NCBI RefSeq assembly: GCF_964204645.1
Contig: NC_134031.1
Location: 15,301,807-15,365,806 of the forward strand
Direction: 5' to 3'
From: Tubulanus polymorphus
Lineage: Eukaryota > Animalia > Nemertea
DNA: 64,000 nt
Position numbers and translations under genes: made by a program. Of the stretch, positions 1 through 29,603 are shown piece by piece (positions within the stretch are counted from its first letter, which is position 1; each line of letters opens with the position of its first letter). Under the pieces are notes generated by a model. It worked only from the letters and a program-made list of their open reading frames with translations. It made no database searches and was not told the DNA's origin.

Positions 1-76
1 ATATTATAGATAAATAAATAAATCAATCAATCATTCAATCATACAGTTAATCAGAAAATGGAGAGAGTTACTTTAC

Positions 77-1909
77 CTTCTAAATCTTGTTTGAGAGCAG
101 TTTGGGTTTGTAAATAATAAACGAATTCATCGATTAAACGTTGATTCGTCGAGGCGATGAAAACTTTCTGATTCTGCGTGCGAATTTCGCAGACGAATTT
201 AGAATCGATTCTATTTTTAGTAACGCGATACATCGGCCATAACGATATGCGACCTATAATTAAAGAAAAAATAACGCGATGATAGCTTGCTTGCAATGTG
301 ACAACGGGAATAGGACAAGATGACATTGATATAAAATGGTGAACGGAAAAAATGGCCAAGGAAAAAAGGCCAAGGTATTTGCCTAGGAAAAAATGGCCAC
401 GGAAAAAAAGGCCAAGGAAGATTATATAGAAAACTAACCATCATTTCATTGACTAACAAGAAATCAAATGCTGATGTTTTGACATGTCATTTTTTGAGAT
501 TATTAGATCTATTCCTGGATAAGTTAAGGTAAATCTGTGATGAGCATATCTCATTTCGATGTTATCAGACACTACACCAGTTTGCTATATAAATCACCGG
601 ACAATTTCAATGCATTTACCTTTGATGATTTAAGACAGTCTGTACCCTAATAGCTTACTTAGATGTTTTGAAGTATTAATTGAGTTAATTTATCAAGTTT
701 AAATTTATCACTATCAAGTTTATCCGTTGACCACTTGCATGTTAGTTCTTGATATATTCATTATATGTAGTAATGAAATGATATGTAAGTTCGTCACATT
801 TCTGAACTCATTCTACCGATTTCAATTGTTTTAAGCCCCATTAAAAATAAATGAGGTCAATAAATTGAGAGCTTAATGTTTTATTGTCAGTAGTTTTCAT
901 AAATTTTCCCTGGCCTTTTTTTCAGTTGCCGTTTTTTTCATGGCCATTTTTTCCTGGCAATTTCTTCCGTGGCCATTTTTTCCTACATTCATTTGGAGAA
1001 GTAACAGAACCATCAGAGAACACTTTTTTACTATAATAATATGTGTCTTATATAGCGCTAAATCAAGCAAGGCTGCTCAGCGCGCTTTACAATTTTTTTG
1101 GCATTATTACCCCAGCTATTTAATATTCTAACATGTATCAGTCATCTCTCCCTGGGAGGAAGAAACACCGAGCCGGCTAACAAGCGCTCAGGAGTTATTC
1201 TATCAGGCCAGGTAGGCCTACCCATTTACTCCCGGGTTGAGAGAGGCAATGAGGATAAGTGCCTTGCCCAAGGACATTTCAGTATTGTACAGTTTTTGAA
1301 CCCATGCCCTGACTTCCCAGAGTCGAAACCCTGTAACCACTCGGCCCACCACTACATAACAGAATAATCAATAACTGGACCTCTCTCCCACCGGACGTAG
1401 TATCAGAACCATCCGTGAACCCTTTTTAAAACAGGTTTGATAAACTATGGCAGGGCTACCGAAACAACGCCCCTATAACTAATCTACAAAAAAAACGAAT
1501 GCCATTTCTTGCAGCAAACGCCGAGAATATTTACAACGAATGAAACGTTGAAATGGTCCTCACTCATTCATTCAAAGGAAAATTTACAGAATAAAGCAGG
1601 AGTGTCGGGGAATTAAAAAAATCCTAATGGATTTGTCTGGTTGAATCCCCGACACAAAACATCAAAATCGATGTAGACATTCGCTACGAAGTCAGTCTAA
1701 TCCTGACAAGCAACTCATCCAGTCTTACCTTTAGCGTCAGTTTGAGGCGAATTTGGTTTTTTATCGTGATATTCGAGATATAATCGATCCGCTTGCCGCA
1801 GCAGGAACCAGTATTTCTCTTTATGTGAACCTTTACCAAGTCTTAACGAAGATTTCTTTTTATCTAGTGCCGGTAATTTCTGGAAGCTTCCCTACAAAGA
1901 TATACTTAC

Positions 1910-1955
<46 letters not shown>

Positions 1956-1992
1956 GACCTAATAATAATAATAATAATAATAATAATGGACC

Positions 1993-2028
<36 letters not shown>

Positions 2029-2364
2029 CTTTTATCAAAGTTGAAAGTTAAAAAATCAATGTCCAAAAATAAAACAGTTGGACTTGGGGTAAACAAAAAT
2101 GTTGAACTTTCAACTAAAAATAGCGGAAATTTAATGATATCTAAATCTGACCTAGAAAAAAAACTGGCTATTATTTATGAGTGTAAGAATGCCGCCTGAG
2201 TTGTAGCCTACTAACAGCCTAATATACTGCTTGAGATAGGGGCATGTTGAATAGCGACATTGTCTAGAACCACTAAAGTCACAATGACCTAATTGCACTT
2301 TCTCTTATTTCCTGAATCAATTAACTGGTAATTAACAGATAGGATCAGTCTAGCTCAGTGATAG

Positions 2365-2409
<45 letters not shown>

Positions 2410-3030
2410 TGTGTGGTAGCTATGTGCCTGAAGGTATTAGTTAACCCACCCACACAGCTAGCAGGTGTGGTCAACAACAATAGTAGGGGCCTACAGCTAA
2501 ACAAGACTTAATAACTGACTATTTGTCTAAATAACTGATTGTCTATTTCTTTAAATAAATGACTGTCTATTTCTCGTAAATGACTGTCTAGTTTATGTTT
2601 TAAGTTTAAATGAAGAATCATTTTTGAAGAATCATAATTTATTAGGACTGCCTGTTTCCCGTGGAGCTGCTTTCCATCCCAGGCATCCAGACCCCCTCAC
2701 ATCCATGCTGCCCTGATCCCTGCCCACACCTCAATCCCATCCTCTCTCCCTTCGTCTCAGCACGAGAAACACTGCAGCGCCAGCAGTCTGACTGAGTAGT
2801 TAGTGGGGTAAAAACGAATTCATTTTTTCGTCCATTCGTTCATTCTCCGAGCTCTTAGTAACTAGGGTAGTCTCATTTTCCCCCCTGTGTAAAACCCTTA
2901 TTATCGTTGGCTTTTTCACAGCCACTGCCCACTGGCACTGCCCAGCAGCCGAGTCAGACTCACTCACAGTCACAGTCTCACTCAGTCAGAAACTTACCTC
3001 GAATATCACTTCCTGACTTTCCTCAGCCAT
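77..3030 (-). CDS. N-terminal PH-domain adaptor protein (GAB/DOK/IRS-like), first three coding exons; gene continues beyond the left edge of the window
   Basis: Hand-spliced GT-AG exons 2998-3030, 1729-1891 and 77-253 are phase-compatible. They give MAEESQEVIFE-GSFQKLPALDKKKSSLRLGKGSHKEKYWFLLRQADRLYLEYHDKKPNSPQTDAK-GRISLWPMYRVTKNRIDSKFVCEIRTQNQKVFIASTNQRLIDEFVYYLQ, which resembles the GAB/IRS PH pattern (EVxxxGxxxK...WFxLR...LEY...IxL...C-terminal helix). Confidence 0.7.
340..990. mobile_element. Foldback/MITE-like element whose inverted termini are built of tandem GGAAAAAATGGCCA-type subrepeats
   Basis: 345-420 carries repeated ggaaaaaatggcca/ggaaaaaaggcca. 905-985 carries the reverse complement (tggccattttttcc), around an AT-rich core. 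It lies in intron 2 of the PH gene. Confidence 0.65.
1033..1350 (-). mobile_element. tRNA-derived SINE with conserved central domain and L2-like tail
   Basis: The minus strand reads GGTGGGCCGAGTGG (A box), GGTTCAAA (B box), TGTCCTTGGGCAAGGCACTT...CCCGGGAGTAAATGGGTA (central domain typical of CORE-like metazoan SINEs), then TGTAAAGCGC...GCGCTATATAA and an AT-rich tail. Confidence 0.75.
1909..2025. repeat. (AAT)n microsatellite, interrupted
   Basis: Read directly from the sequence. Confidence 0.95.
2368..2415. repeat. (GT)n microsatellite
   Basis: Read directly from the sequence. Confidence 0.95.
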
Positions 3031-3699
3031 ATTCAATTCTCCAAATCCTGTCACGATCGTTCTCTCTATTGACTATTTACTTGTTAATAATACTAAACGA
3101 TTCCTCGTATCCAATCATTGTTGTGGCCGCCCGCACCCGCTCGCTCGTGTCCGTGTTGTTTGTGAGGCGTTTGTGACTCAATTTTTAATTGCAGCCATTT
3201 TGTTTACGCTATTTAAGTGTCGCATTCTAACGACAAACGCGTGAACCATAATGGTTATAAATAACCCATATTGGTCGCCCGCGATAGGTTTAGAGCCCCT
3301 ATTAAGCACCACCTAGACTGGTTGCCGGTCTAACTGCTGGCACGGGCAAACATTCTAAATCCGACCAATTATTTAAAGGCAAAGTAGTTAGTCCGCTGAA
3401 CAAATAGAGTAAAAACAATTAATTCGAATATATACGTAAACTCTTTATTTGTGGCGGCTAAATAAATACAATACAATAAATAAAACATTTATATTTAGTG
3501 TTGACGTAATTCTCTGAGCAGAAATTATTGATAGTATATACTAGTCTGAATACACCAGTCGTTGTTACCGGTTCCCTACATCGTTGTTTGTAGAACAACG
3601 GCTAGGTACTAGACTATGATAATACCGGACACAGTAAACAGCGTAGTATCCCACAAGTAACAAAATGCACAGTATTCCTGTAGGATAGCTATCAGGACA

Positions 3700-3808
3700 A
3701 AGTCGTAACTAGTTAGTTACCTAATCATTGGTGGTGAAGCTTTTTATACCAAGAAAATATCCGATCGCAAACTAGAGGCCACAGAGCGGTTACTGACTAA
3801 GTCGAAAC
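3700..3808. mobile_element. Short dispersed repeat (MITE-like); related pieces at 8341-8420, 8532-8580 (inverted) and 28733-28873
   Basis: Shared motifs ttacctaatc..ggtg..aagcttttta..gaaaatatccgatcg..aaact..ccac..ggttactgact. The 28733-28873 copy has imperfect TIRs. Confidence 0.6.
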
Positions 3809-3829
3809 GTTCAAAATAAACTACTATAG

Positions 3830-3993
3830 TCTATTTATTAATGGATGAGACCTGTTTTTCTGAGATTTTTCGCTTACTTTTACTTACGTACACCTCATTT
3901 GGGTTTAAGACCTAAATGAGGTGTGTACCGGTACTCCAAAAAGTAAGCGAAATATCCCAGAGAAACGGGTCTCATCCATTAATAAATGGACAT
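3830..3993. mobile_element. Palindromic MITE; a longer relative lies in an mTOR intron at about 24847-25067
   Basis: tctatttattaatggatgagacctgtttttctg...gagaaacgggtctcatccattaataaatgga forms long inverted arms. The same arms (gatgagacctatttttctgggatattttgcttact / aagtaagcaaaatatcccc..caggtctcat) recur at 24.85-25.07 kb. Confidence 0.75.
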
Positions 3994-4174
3994 CAGTTCA
4001 AAGAAACATTTCAGACTCGTTTTTTCTGTATTCATAGGCGTCCCCAAAGGGGTGCGATGTAGCCAGGGTATCCCTTTTTGAGATAGCTAACTTCTAGTTA
4101 GTTATCTATGTAATCAATGTTCAAGATTTTTCTTGCCTATTTGACTAGTCTTTTAACTCTAGATGTTAGAGCCT

Positions 4175-4284
4175 GTGCCCAGTTTCACAAAAACGATTAA
4201 GGCCTAAATCGATTTAACATAAACTGAATTAATGAAGAAATTAAATCGATTTAAGAGATAAACCTTTTTGTGAAACTGGGCCCT
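4175..4284. mobile_element. Small MITE with GGGCCCAGTTTCAC-type TIRs (Harbinger-like)
   Basis: Inverted termini gcccagtttcacaaaaa ... tttttgtgaaactgggc, with internal inverted aatcgatttaa. Confidence 0.6.
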
Positions 4285-4409
4285 GGAAACGATCTCTTAA
4301 GCCTCAAATTTTCAAAAAGTTTGGGGAAGGCCCACCAAACAACTGACATTGTGCATCGATACTGGATTGATGCTTATTTGAACCCCCTATGAAAATTCCG
4401 GGGGACGCC

Positions 4410-4500
4410 TTTCACCCAGCCCAGGCAGTGTTTGTCTCCACCGTGATCTCCATCGCTCTACGATCCTAGTGTAACCAACACAAAGGACACTAAGGTTCTT
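4410..4500 (+). repeat. Dispersed repeat fragment; second copy at about 41313-41405
   Basis: ttcacccag..gcagtgtttgtctccac..gatctcc..gctctacgatcctagtgtaaccaac is shared by both sites. Confidence 0.7.
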
Positions 4501-5214
4501 GGTGAAGGGACGCCTATAGGGTATTGTGAGATCCAACTGATCGTTTCAACGCAGACTCGAGAGCGTCGCTTCAAACGTTTTACATTCTGTGCCGGCGGAA
4601 AATTTGATTATCTCCTTTTGATAAGTTGTAGAACCGGTTCCAGCATCAACATTCACATACATACATCACACATATTAAAATTACTTAGAGATTAAAATAA
4701 ACGCCTTAGATCCAGAGTTACGAGACACTGAATTACTAATGACGACCTTCTCGGAAACTGGAAATTATTTGATAAAAGCTATTCTTAAGTAGACCCTCAA
4801 CGCAATGAAAAAGAGTAAGGAATGTCAAATAATTTGTGGCGTCGCGGTACAACTGGAGTCGGAGCGTTTAACCCTGGTTTATGTACCGTAGTTACAGTTA
4901 TGAAATTTGATCGAGTTTTAGGAATGTATCAGTTATAAATCGATGAATAACAAAAAACAGTAAATAGTATTTACATCGCGTTAAACCCCGGAGACCCGAG
5001 ATTTCTCACTTTCGATGATTTAAACCCAGGATTTCTCTACGAACTAACCGTCAAATAGAGACCTCCACGAGTGAGTTTGAGCGTTTCACCCTGTACCGAC
5101 AGACACATTTACCAGTTCCATATTGATTGTTTTTCACAATGTTACCAAAGATTATACACAATAAGGATACCAACAACTTCATAACTCAACAAGACAGTTT
5201 TTGATATGAGTCCA

Positions 5215-5365
5215 TGCAGCTGAGACCCAGGAGCTGAGTCCCAGTAGCTGAGACTCAGGAGCTGAGTCCCAGGGGCTGAGTCCCAGGAGCTGAGTTCCAG
5301 TAGCTGAGTCCCAGTAGCCGAGACCTAGGAACCGGGTCCCTGAAGCTGAGACCCATGAGCTGATT
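5215..5365. repeat. 14-bp minisatellite (GCTGAGTCCCAGGA) in the putative SLC35C1 3' UTR
   Basis: Read directly; about 10 degenerate units. Confidence 0.85.
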
Positions 5366-5404
5366 GCTGATTGGACGGACGCAAACAGATTGTTGATCAT
5401 ATTC

Positions 5405-7362
5405 TCACTTCTCTTCATCAATTTTCACTGTTTTATTTTCTCTAGTTGAAGTTTTCTGAAAATTGAATGAATAGTTCAATTACTCAACACTAGGTGGCAG
5501 AGTTGAAACAATTGTGCAAAGGAGCAAGTCGAAGTTAGGATCAGATAAACCCAGGGGGTTAGGGTCAGATAAACGAAACCAGGGGGTCGGGGTTAGATGA
5601 ACCTCGGACCAGTAAAGGTGATTAAACCCACAGTTGAAGTTACTGATGGTTAAAACTGAAAGATTACAATGTAAACAACCACAAATCGGGACTCAGTTCC
5701 TCATTCTTAGATTCTGTAGTTAAAATGAGTTATACATTGGAACCTCTCGTTATAACGAACTCGGATACAACGATTCATCGGATTTTACAAATATAGAATC
5801 TCGTTGCGAGTAAGAAAATTTATTCAATTTCACACTGGATAGAACAAACTATCAGTGATAACGAATATATTTTCTGGTCATGAGAAGTTTGCTGTAACGA
5901 GGTTCCACTGTAATATCTAAACTGTAGAATCAACTGTGTCTTGTTCATTTTTGATAAAAATAGAAAAAAAAAAACAAAAATTTTTTCTCATGAATTTAGT
6001 AAAAATAAGCAGCCCAAACACCAGGACTACAGTAAACCGAGACTTGGTTAGAAAAAAAAACAACAAAATAATCCATGTTACCGAAATGGTTCAACAAATC
6101 TTCTGACATCCTGTAAACGGTAGCCGAAAATCATCAGTTTTAGTGAAAAAAGTCACGAGAAATTCGAGTAGGAGGAATCCAATTCGAAGAGAAATCGATT
6201 TCAGCACTCTTTCGGTGACAAACTGACAACAGCTGCAGGTTTTACAACAAGCACCCAACGTGGCCGAGTGTTATGTGACCAAGTAGAAGGTTAACAACAG
6301 AGAGTATATCAAGTTAGCAGCGGGACAAGAGGGTGTGAAACTTACGTCTCCGGTGGATGTGTCCTTTGTAATATTAGCCTTTTCCACATCGTCAGCTGCC
6401 GTCGATTCCGTTTTCGTTGAGTCCATTTCCATCTTTTTAACCATCGCGTAACTGAACGCGCCCGATATGACCATCAGGTTGCTGCACCACCAGAGAACGC
6501 GTTTGAACTCGTGTTCGAACAGAACGGCGAGCACCGTCTGTAAAACGGCTTTCGAATTATTGCTGATGTGATGCGTGACCGGCGACGTGTAATCGATCTG
6601 CAAATTGCTCGCCCAGCCGATCAGGAAACTCAGCCCGCCCGACAAACTCAAACAGATCCAGAACGTCGGGTCGTTCATTTTCGTGTTAACCACCGCCGAT
6701 AGTTGATTCGTGCCGATGACGAACGGAACGAAAATGAACATCGCGTTGAAATTGTTGTAAAACGTCACCGAGATGACGCTGTTGTCGACGGTGTCGAGCG
6801 CCTTCTTCGTGTAGATACCGCACAGCGACACGAACAGACTGGTCGTCAATCCGTAGATCACGCCGACGAGCGACAGAGTACCGGCGACTTTCTCCTGATC
6901 GACGCCGAGAAAGAACCCGGCGGCGACCAGTAGACAACACGCGACGATTTTCACCGACGCTTTCTTGCGCAGGATCAACGCCGAGAAGATGACGGTGAAT
7001 ATGAGCGTCATCGACCGCGCGACCTGGAAGAACGCGACGCCGACGTGTTTCAGGCAGAGATTGTTGAACGTCAACATTCCGACGAACAGACACGACAGGA
7101 TAATCACGTTCTTCTGCAGGATCGTCTTGCGGTTGATCGGCGGCAGCGGCGATTCGCGTTTCAAAACGAATCGTGAAAACAATGAGATTCCGACGAGAAA
7201 CAGAACGCTCGACACGCACTGAAACCACGCGACGAACAACGAGATATCGGCGGCCATGTTTTTAGTGCCGCCGACTAGATATTTATTAGCGAATACCATA
7301 GATATAGAAACGGTCCAATAAGTGAGCACGACGCCAACTATCTGCAGCGGTGATTTCTTCAT
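5405..7362 (-). CDS. SLC35C1: GDP-fucose transporter (SLC35C1/FUCT1-like), probably two coding exons, about 355 aa
   Basis: The ORF has SLC35C1-type motifs YWTVSISMVFANKYL, FNNLCLKHVGVAFFQVARS and TSPVTHHISNNSKA. ATG is at 7362 after an acceptor at 7372-7373. A consensus donor GAC|GTAAGT (exon ends at 6346, phase 0) can join an acceptor TTTTCAG| to exon 5405-5455 (KTSTRENKTVKIDEEK*). A candidate 5' UTR exon lies at 7860-7892. Confidence 0.85.
5733..5912. mobile_element. Tc1/mariner-type MITE (TA-CAGTGGAACCTC termini); related fragment near 27845-27990
   Basis: Inverted ends tacattggaacctctcgttataacgaac ... tttgctgtaacgaggttccactgta, with TA flanks. Confidence 0.6.
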
Positions 7363-7400
7363 CTTGAAAAACTGAAAAATAATCAATAGACAGCTATTAA

Positions 7401-7680
7401 CCCTTTCAGTGCTGGCTAATTAATACCCTATAGTGCTGAAGATAATTTGAAAATTCTGAAAAATCCCACCCTAGTGTGTCGAATAACGGGAATAGCACTA
7501 TAGTGCGTCTACACCCAGGCGCGGTTTATCGTTAGTTACTAATATTTCACTATGTTTGACAGGTGCTGCCAGAGAGTTAATTAGTAATTACTAATTAAAT
7601 CAATACACTGCAGTGCGGTGTACTAGCAAAATCCATCACTGATTCGTACACCGCACTGCGGTGTAGACACACTGAAAGGG
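7401..7680. mobile_element. piggyBac-like non-autonomous element (TTAA TSD, CCCTTTCAGTG TIR)
   Basis: ttaa|ccctttcagtg ... cactgaaaggg|ttaa. A near-identical copy sits at 27486-27771 and a degenerate inverted copy at about 44795-45000. Confidence 0.85.
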
Positions 7681-8598
7681 TTAATGAACAGTATCAGCAC
7701 CAGCGGCATCTGCAGCATCAGCAACAGGGGCAGCTGCACCAGTACCATCACCAGCCGTAGGGGCAGCCGCACCCGCAGCAGCATCAGCAGCAGCGAGGAA
7801 GACCAATGTCTATTGACTTGAGAGGACATCCGATGGCCTAGCTCTGTACATAGGCCTACCTGATATAGGTCTATATTGCTCCAGAACCAGGTCTAAAATG
7901 ACAAAAATTGATCTTTAATCCATTTTACACTGTATTGAAGGAGTGCAAAAAAGTCTTCTTCATTTTCTCTTTTTAACCCCTTTCAATCCACACTTTTTGG
8001 AAATCCTTCAATACAGTACAAAATGGAAATAATCAGTTTTTGCTCCACTGCTCATTCTCCGTGCTGACCCTGTTACATGACTTATAGACGTTAAACCATT
8101 TAGGCCTACATACAAAGGTCTATCATTTCAATACAAGTGCAGTTCAGGCCGTTTTATACATAAATCACACAATTGTTATTGCAGCTGTCCGTAAAGTAGA
8201 TACGGTCTCCAAGGAGGTGGGGGCAAGAATGAAAATAAATACAATAGGTAGCTCATGTGAGTCTCCTCACACTGTGTTTACCATTAACTCTAACAACACG
8301 TAACATATTTCACCAAAGACCTAATAGTGTCAGATGTAGTAGTTCGTTACCTAATCGCTGGCAGCTTTTAATCGGATGTGGCTTGTGAAAATATCCCGAT
8401 CGCGCGAAACTAAACCACGGGGGTGTCAGTAAATTAAAATACCGTCGAAAAGGGAATGAAAATTAATATCATCAATAGCAGCTGAGCTTCCTCAGAACAC
8501 TGACATACCGATAACCCTAACAACACAAAACTTAAGTCAGTAACCTGTCCGTCACAGTGTGGTTTAGTATCACGATCCCAAACCACAGAGAGCCACGT

Positions 8599-9358
8599 CC
8601 ACTGGGGTTTGGCGATGGGCTTGGATTTTACTTCCGGGTTGCTGATAATCTCGCGAGAATGGCGCTAAATGTGGAGCGCAATTTAATTCAAAATATCACA
8701 AATACCTTTATGTGTTTATATTGTTCGAAGTGGATATTTAACCGTATACGGCAAAGTATTTACTTCCGCTATTTTACCATACGTTATTATTATATATAGT
8801 ATTAACTAATAAAAAATAAAAGTAACTAACAATAAAATCATTATATTGGGTTTAGGGTTTCGATAGGGTTTAGTGTCGAGAGGGTGAGAAGAGGGTCCAG
8901 AGGGTTCCGTTTTACCCCTAGGGATAGGATTAGAGTAAGGTGAGGTACTATAGATAGTTAAAACATTCGGTTGGTTTTCAGCGAGCTCGGTGGTCTAGTG
9001 GTATGACGCTGTAATTTACTAGCCCGGGTTCGAGTCTCGCTCTATCCGCTCTATTTTCTCTAACTCCGTTCTCCACACTTTCCTTGAATTTTCTAAGTCG
9101 CGCATGCGCGGCGTTAATCGGCCAATCAGCGACAATGTACACGGTAAAATAGCGGAAATAAATACTCAGCTGTATACGGTAAAATATCCACTGCGTATAT
9201 TGTTTATTTATCCGCTATAAAGTTCTGATAAATAATTGGCTGTTACGGATCAGTATCAGGCGGCCGCGATGCTTTACTATAAGAAATAAAGTAGTTTTAT
9301 ATAGTTAAGCATCGCGACCGCCTGAAGTAATTCCAAGCCCATTGCCAAACCGCTGTGG
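8599..9358. mobile_element. Nested inverted-repeat element: outer TIRs of about 40 bp with a 9-bp TSD-like flank, inner TIR element at 8726-9195 carrying a tRNA-like sequence
   Basis: Outer arm ccactggggtttggcgatgggcttggattttacttcc matches the reverse complement of 9321-9358, with flanks gagccacgt/tggccacgt. Inner arm gtggatatttaaccgtatac..gtatttacttccgctattttacc matches the reverse complement of 9137-9195. Confidence 0.65.
8983..9043 (+). pseudogene. Degenerate tRNA-like sequence (Pol III A and B boxes, no intact anticodon arm)
   Basis: A box TGGTCTAGTGG and B box GGTTCGAGTC are present, but the segment between them cannot form a normal anticodon stem. Confidence 0.55.
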
Positions 9359-10575
9359 TGGCCACGTCCGTATTCAAATAGCCTAACTTTTAAGACCCCA
9401 TCTGTCCTGATTAAAAATGATTAGAAAACTAACTACACGAAACTGAATCAAGAGTGCACAGTCTTGTACGTACTGGAGGTCTGAGCCAGGAATGGTGCGA
9501 GTGACGACGTGAGACCGAGCGAGCGAGTCGAGTGGGGAGTGGAACTGGAACATCGAAAAGGGGTGATAACATTTGATTTGGCCGGCACCGGGTCTTCTCG
9601 CCTCCGCCTCCTCGACTCAATCCTCTCATACACGATCAATCAGTGAGTGACAAAATAGCTCAATCAATCACAAACCTTTCAAAAGACGTGTCATACAAAA
9701 TAGCGACCGCAGCTCCGATTAAAAAGAACGTCAAAACGTGAACTGACAGGAATAATTTGTTTTTAGTAGACAACACTATAACACCACCTAGCGGATACAA
9801 TAATACCTACTGCCGCAGTAGGCATTGTAGCAAATTCAATTCAACGGTTTATTAACGTAAGCGTTCCGGGACTCCTAGTAGAATGCATCGAAGACTTATT
9901 TTATGGCGACATTTACAAAGGCGCCTTGTTTGGGGATTTCAAAAATTGAGGTTTCAATCATCTTTGAGAACCTAACAATAGAAGATATCGCATCCAGATG
10001 AAAGTGTACGGACCGCCCCTGCACTCACCTGTCCTCTGGCCAAGCACACCTGGGGTCGCTTCAATGCACGGTCCAGTGATTAATTAATAAATCACTTGTA
10101 ACATTTGGTCAAATCAAAGGCGGTATTTCTGGCGGGAATTGTATCAAAGAATCGTCACTTTGAAGATTTATCAGACTTTTGGTTAGTGATATTAATGAAC
10201 ATCGTGGTGACAAAATTATCCTCCAAATATAAATGTCCACTGTAATCAAAATGGACTGTGCCGATAATCTTCATTCCGTGATCGATTTCAGAAGCAGTGT
10301 TCAATAGTTTATATCTCCGTGATGAGTTTACCTCTGTGAGTGGGGTTTACCTCCGTCCTGAGGAGTTGAACAAAATCCTCGCCACACACAAACAGACGAC
10401 AAAAGTATACATCATTTTAACATTTTAATGAATGCAGTTTTGATGTTATGTTATATAATATATTTATATATACACAAGTCAATAGGTCACCGAGTGCCAT
10501 CCTGTGGATCACCGAGTTCCACCCTGTGATCACAGAGTTCCACCACGTGCGGATCACTGAGTCTGTTTTCACTTG

Positions 10576-28265
<17,690 letters not shown>

Positions 28266-28422
28266 AGTTACAACAGAGAACAGGGAGTATCTGAAATGAG
28301 GAATGCAACTGATCAAAGCATCAGCATCAGCAGCAGCAGCAGCCTGCCAGGTTGAACTTTGGTTTTCGTAGCTAGTTGACTAGTAGTCGAAACTAACAAC
28401 TGAATGCGCTAACGATTCGATT

Positions 28423-28569
28423 CGGGTTCGATTCCCGGCCGGGGAGATATTTTTCTCAATTTTTAAGTAGGATTTTTTTAAAGATGATAGATGTATTTGG
28501 AGTGGTACCTGATGTTATCCACCCACTACACTTCCACACAATACATTACATACACGCATTAACGTCTGC
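28423..28569 (+). repeat. 147-bp duplicate of the tRNA-Asp 3' end plus downstream flank (source 32264-32410)
   Basis: cgggttcgattcccggccggggagatatttttctcaattttt...acacgcatta.cgtctgc is nearly identical at both sites. Confidence 0.9.
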
Positions 28570-29099
28570 TAGTGGTCGGAACGAACGGAACTAACAACTG
28601 AATGTGCTATAGTTCGGTCGTAACACATTTCATAGTGTCAGCCATAACATAACTAGAATGGAATTATAGCCACACTACGATCTGCTCAATCCTGTGGTTT
28701 TGACCTGGGCATTTCCGTCATTCAGTTTCACTTAGTTCGACTACACTTAGTAACCTAATCGGTGGTAAGCTTTTTATAATCGGTTGGGCTTATACCAACC
28801 ACGATGTCATTTGTGAAAATATCCGATCGTGAAACTTAACCACCTAAGACAGGTTACTGACTTAGTTCAACTAGAGAACTGCAATAACCGAAGTTCACCC
28901 TGCCAGGCGGGGAAATGTGGAGCGGGGAGGGTAGTGTTAGTGTAGTAAACTCTCGCTACAGCAGGTCAGTGAATGTTATCAAAAATTCATAGTCTTTATG
29001 AAGTTTTAGTGTTTCATTTGGTGTGACATTGTAAATTAATTAATTGCACTATATAGTGAGAATTGAGATGATTATCGATGAAATAAAGTCAAATACCAA

Positions 29100-29603
29100 A
29101 TGTAAACAATTATTGGTTTCAAGTTGAATTCATCCAGTGACAAACTCGGAGGATTTCATCTTCTTTAAAGACGTTTTTAACCAAGTTCTGTTCATTAACG
29201 CCCCATTGGTCAGTGTCGGATAACTTTTTATTGTACAATGCGGTAAATAGCACGATTCCGTTCCTTTTCCGGTTCCGCATGAATAAGTCCGGTTCGTATT
29301 CCGTAGAGTTCGGACTAACTGTCCGGTTCCAATGTGTTCTTTGCAAATAGCTGTTATTTTTCTCTCTCCTATTATGTAAGTGTCTCTTTGACTTTTTATT
29401 CATATTTTATTGCCGTGTCTGTCCTATGTACTTTTGTCATCAAACGTATGCAATAAATTTTGAATTGAATTGGTTCCCAACTGCTCTGCTGAACACGATC
29501 GAATTGCAACCTATACGATTATTTCCGGGTTTGTCAAAATTTGACAGTTTCTTAACCGGTTTTACTGAGAAAATTAACAATCGTATTTAGCAGGAACGAA
29601 ACA
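29100..29603. promoter_or_regulatory. Probable shared divergent promoter region for MTOR and UBIAD1
   Basis: The genes are head-to-head with start codons about 1.3 kb apart. ETS-like TTCCGG motifs lie at about 29267 and 29523, and a candidate non-coding mTOR donor near 29096. The TSS was not determined. Confidence 0.5.

Noticed and set aside
6686-7228. Overlapping alternative-frame and antisense ORFs in SLC35C1
   Set aside because: These are an expected by-product of a GC/CpG-rich coding region, with no recognisable domain.
29119-29403. 94-aa ORF between MTOR and UBIAD1
   Set aside because: It has no domain signal and lies in the probable promoter/5' UTR region.
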